Shown here piece after piece: positions 60,050 to 64,000 of a DNA stretch of 64,000 nucleotides. The DNA comes from Asterionella formosa (lineage: Eukaryota). The translations under genes were made by a program, and so were the position numbers. Under the pieces are notes generated by a model that did not search any database, was not told where the DNA came from, and saw only the letters and a program-made list of their open reading frames with translations. The stretch's first letter is position 1. Each line of letters begins with the position of its first letter. The stretch covers positions 62,001 to 126,000 of the forward strand of contig NKIB01005371.1 in the NCBI GenBank assembly GCA_002256025.1. Direction: 5' to 3'.

Positions 60050-60203
60050 CTTAGTAGAAAAAATATGAGTAAGATGCAAAGAAATCAGTATAGAACTAAT
60101 GTATGAAAATAATCTTAGTCAACAACTGAAATAGTACGGAAATGTACCATCAAAAATGTAGAATTGAAATTCTGGAAAAGGATATATTAGCACCTTTCCA
60201 GTT

Positions 60204-61507
60204 TTAGTCGATCGAAACGGTTCGATCGATGAAGGCAGCCTTGCTATCAAGCTTCTTGATGGACCTTTTCTTCATGCTTGATCGATCCTGTTTGCAATGC
60301 TCTGATCCTTCCTCTCCCAGAGAAAGGCTTTCTGTTTCATCCGTTGATATTTCTCCCAGTTCCAGGTCCTCATCAGTCCTGTTCTCGATGATCCCATCAC
60401 CTACAACAGCCGAAACCAAATCATCTTCATGATATACTTCATCAAATGTCGGGTCCCATTCATACCCCAAGATAACTTTACGCATATTTTCTGGAAAGTT
60501 CACTTGCAATGGAACGAACCAATGCCAGGTAGCATGGGAAGTTTTTCCTCCAAACATCTCGTTAAATTCGTACGTGACTCGTTCTAGCTCTGTCCCACCT
60601 TGACCAATCTTCATCTTCATTCTGGCAATCTTACCTTGATTAGATTCAATTGCTTCGACTTGCTCAAACAGCATGCAACAAGTAAACATCATGAAAGAGA
60701 ATGAAACGACGCCCAAGACGATGACAAGGTAGTAATCATAAAGATTACTGCACTCCGATTCGTTGCTTTCGATCAATACTCGAGTTTGATCATTTAGGCC
60801 GTCGGTGGGATTCCATGTTGCTTCATCTTCCGGTGCAAAATTGGGTATAATTGTTGGGTAATCCACGTGGATATAGTTGCAATAAAAGAAGCGAATGACA
60901 ATGAGGATAATGGAGATTAGGGATGTCAAAAGTGTGTATCCAATAAAGAGCACAAAGAATTTGTGATTGAGAGCGCCTACTGCATTGCATACCCACGGGC
61001 TATCAATGTATGTAGCACAACGAAATAGTTCGTAAGGACATGCAAATCAAAACAGGATAATTATTCTCTCACTATTCATACGTACCAATAATGATCCATC
61101 TTGACAATACATCTCCCAGTGACACTATCGTGATGCGCTCGCGGCGGCTTGTAGTTATCGTTACATTTGGCACATCGTCGAATCGATCTCTGTTTCTTGT
61201 TTTCGCCTGCTCGTTTCACCGTCGTGAGAGGCCTTGCTCCTAATGGAACCGCCCCTGGATCCGTCGTCCACGCGGCGAACAAGGACCAAAGGGCCATAAA
61301 GGCAACGGGGCAGTAGAGGCCAAAGTAAAGCGACGTGGAGAGTCGAGATTCTTCAATTAAGAAGTGTGAAATCACAATGAGGGCAAACACGTGAACCGCA
61401 AGGCTAATGGTGATGCAAAAAAGGCCGCAGGGATCCAAAGAGAGCCATCTCTTGGCTTCAAAGGACGTGCCTATACGGAGGCAGCAAATATCAGTTCTTC
61501 CCGTCAT
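60204..61507 (-). CDS. DHHC-family protein S-acyltransferase (DHYC variant). Intron 61000-61085.
   Basis: TDPGAVP and [45 protein letters not shown] after splicing, with four TM segments. Confidence 0.9.
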
Positions 61508-62432
61508 GGTGGACTGTTATTTTTCTAAATGTCAATAATCTTGTCATAGTTCAAAAAGTGCAGGTGCTGGTAACGGTAAGAGTGGTAGGTACCCGTAGAC
61601 ATATACCAGGAAGTCTACATGTCTATATTACAAGTGTACATAGAATAGTTATTCTACCGCCGGATAACGTAACTGGTCCTTCAAGGGCACACCCTGGTAC
61701 AGTACCAGGTCGTACTGTCTATAATACTCGAATTACAACGTGTTCCTTTTATTTTTGCACGTATCATTTCATTTTATATGGCATACTTGATGTCGAAATT
61801 GTGCAACACATTATTGAAAAGCTATACAATGCATGCATGAAATTGTGCATAGATTTGTACGGCTCACCCAGTATACATTTTACGCTCAATGGATCATGTG
61901 ACTAGAATTTTTGAGTTAGCTAGCAGTTCCAACATCATGCTATTTCGAGGTGGTGTTGGATAAAATTTCATTTCATGACAACAAATAGCAATTCAGATCG
62001 AAATCAAAATTCCGGAGACTTTCTGCTCGACCAGTATGGTTTGACGCAAGCTTACTAATGTGTACACATCTTGTTCTAGGTTCGCTCCACCGACAATCGA
62101 AACTTCGACTTCCTACTCACTTCTAACCACGATAGCCTATAATAGCATTTCAAATATACAGATAACTTCTCCCTCTAGTCTATCACTACATGTGTAGCTA
62201 CTTTAGGATAACGGAAGGAATTGTTTCCACCACTTGATGGAAATGACGAAGCTTTTTCCCGAATACAAAGACCAGAAAGAAAGGGATGGTAGATCTACTA
62301 TACTATGCTCTAATAATGAGAAATAGAATGTTGAAAAACCTTGGTAGTAGTGAAGCTGTCAGTCTGTACATATCTTTGTGAAATTCTCAAGCGCTCTCGT
62401 TCCTCATCGGCACAGCCATTGCGCTTGACACT

Positions 62433-63414
62433 TTAAAATCTGCGCTCTCTTGACGATGTTTTGGCATCTTGTAACAGCTTGCATTTTTCTGTATATCCCT
62501 GAACAGTGTGCACAGCTTTAGTGACCACGGCTACATGTTTCATAAATTCCGAAGCCTCATAGTTTGGGGTCGCCCCCATCAAACACCCCAACTGACACAC
62601 TAACCCCTGGACATGACGCAATAATCCATGATGGAGTGGTATTTTTTCAGACTGTGTATCTTCCAAGAACGAAATCAAAATCTTGACACGATCCTTCATT
62701 TTCTCCAACGACTCTTGAACGCTCTCGGTTTGCCCACAAAAAGCCGACGTCTGGCTCGGAGGCTGTTCTCGGACCACTCGCTCTACAGCAATCTGCTCGA
62801 CTTGACTTGTTTCTAACTTCCATCCCTCCAATCCCACCAGCACACCTCCCTCTTCTTCATACAAGGTGAGCATATCATCCGACGTGGCATCTGACTTGCA
62901 AGAGCAAAAGATCTGCGGGGCCCCCATGTAGGTTTGCAGGTTCCTGGTTGTGGTCAGATCAGCCGCTGTGGGTTCCGGGTCTGAAGAAACTCTATACCAT
63001 CCTAGTACTTGGTGTTGTGGAAAGACAGCTTGATGCAACATAATTTGCGTCTTGGTTAGTTCCGACGTTGTATCCGTGGGAATGTCGTCGGCATCCAATA
63101 TTTCAATCGCCAAGTCGGAGCACAGACCAAACAAAAGACCCACAACAGGCGCGTCCTTTGGGAGGGGAGTTCCTCCGCAAGTGATGCGAGTGTATTGGTC
63201 GGACATGTGTACAATGGCAAGCTGTTTTCGTGGGTGTGGACAGTGAATCGGAGTGGAGTGAGTTGTTGCGTGTATCCAAGAAAAAAGTAGAGAAGTAGCA
63301 ACAAGTTGGTTTTGGTTGCAAACGTAACCTGGTGACTAAGTTCTGCCGACTTACCGGATGGATTTCCACGGATATGCCACGCAAAGGAGGATCCACATCC
63401 ATGTTGGTGCTCAT
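62433..63414 (-). CDS. CSN6: COP9 signalosome subunit 6 (MPN domain). Intron 63222-63354.
   Basis: VEIHP|LAIVHMSDQYTR, VVGLLFG, AVFPQHQVLGWY, LETSQVEQIAVERV and RVKILISFL. Confidence 0.85.
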
Positions 63415-63789
63415 GGTAAAGACCACTCGAGAAAGACAACGAACGCAATGACTTTTTCGTTGCAATTTATAATGATATGTGGGCACTGGAGTACCGGAAC
63501 AACCAGTAGGACTGATGTGAGATAGAGTGTATGATTAATTTTTAACACTGTACAGGTATTCCTGCTTCCATATTATTTGCGTCTTCCAACAAACAGCAAG
63601 CAACGACAGCAATAACATCCAACCCAGTGTAGTCGAACGAGTCGAAGAATGCAATTGTCCCGCAGGCTGGTGATCGATGCTGTTGTCACCAGCAGCAAGG
63701 AGAATGAGGAGCAATCCATGGCATGACATGTAGAATATTTTTGATATTGCGTGCACAGCCAGGCAACAAGCGACGTGAGGATTGTGCAA

Positions 63790-63945
63790 AATGGTACCAG
63801 GTACCCCGGTACCAGCAGACTACCAGTACCTGGTACAGCCAGGCATATACCGGTATATAAGAAAGAAAAGAATTTGAACATAATGCAGCAAAACAATGCA
63901 TACGGTAGATGTAGTACCAGGTACCAGTTACCAAGTACCAAGTAT
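63790..63945. promoter_or_regulatory. Palindrome cluster upstream of CSN6
   Basis: GGTACCAGGTACCCCGGTACCAG, GTACCTGGTAC, TACCGGTA and GTACCAGGTACCAG. Confidence 0.55.
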
Positions 63946-64000
63946 TTCAGGGATTCCAGGAGCAGGACTCTCTTCATTACCGGCATGTTTGTAGCAATTT

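Overview
Eukaryotic nuclear DNA, most likely a diatom or other stramenopile. This is an inference from short GT-AG introns of about 60-140 nt, compact genes, a formin with a WASH-like motif, Crypton-type recombinases and a diatom-style Gypsy element. It holds about 14 apparently intact genes: RME-8/DNAJC13 (runs off the left edge), DPH6, a formin, two GT10 fucosyltransferase paralogues, eIF1, a RUS1/DUF647 protein, a small membrane protein, a USP deubiquitinase, a polyQ/RanBP2-zinc-finger protein, allantoicase, RBM34/Nop12, an HIBCH ending in SKL, an FHA-RINGv protein, a DHHC-family acyltransferase and CSN6. Between them lie decayed repeat islands: two Crypton-like tyrosine recombinase relics, a RAG1/Transib-like transposase fragment, Kolobok- and pogo-like relics, three tRNA-headed SINE-like copies, captured gene fragments, and a full-length but disabled Gypsy LTR element with a CCTGG target-site duplication. 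The most striking unexplained signal is dense clusters of TA-[CCGG/CCWGG/CCAG/CAG]-TA palindromes upstream of most genes. Indels of the form TA-N4-5-TA also distinguish the two LTRs and the two long SINE copies. Together these suggest the promoter motifs accumulate as excision footprints of a TA-targeting DNA transposon. All family assignments come from motif recognition by eye, not from database searches.
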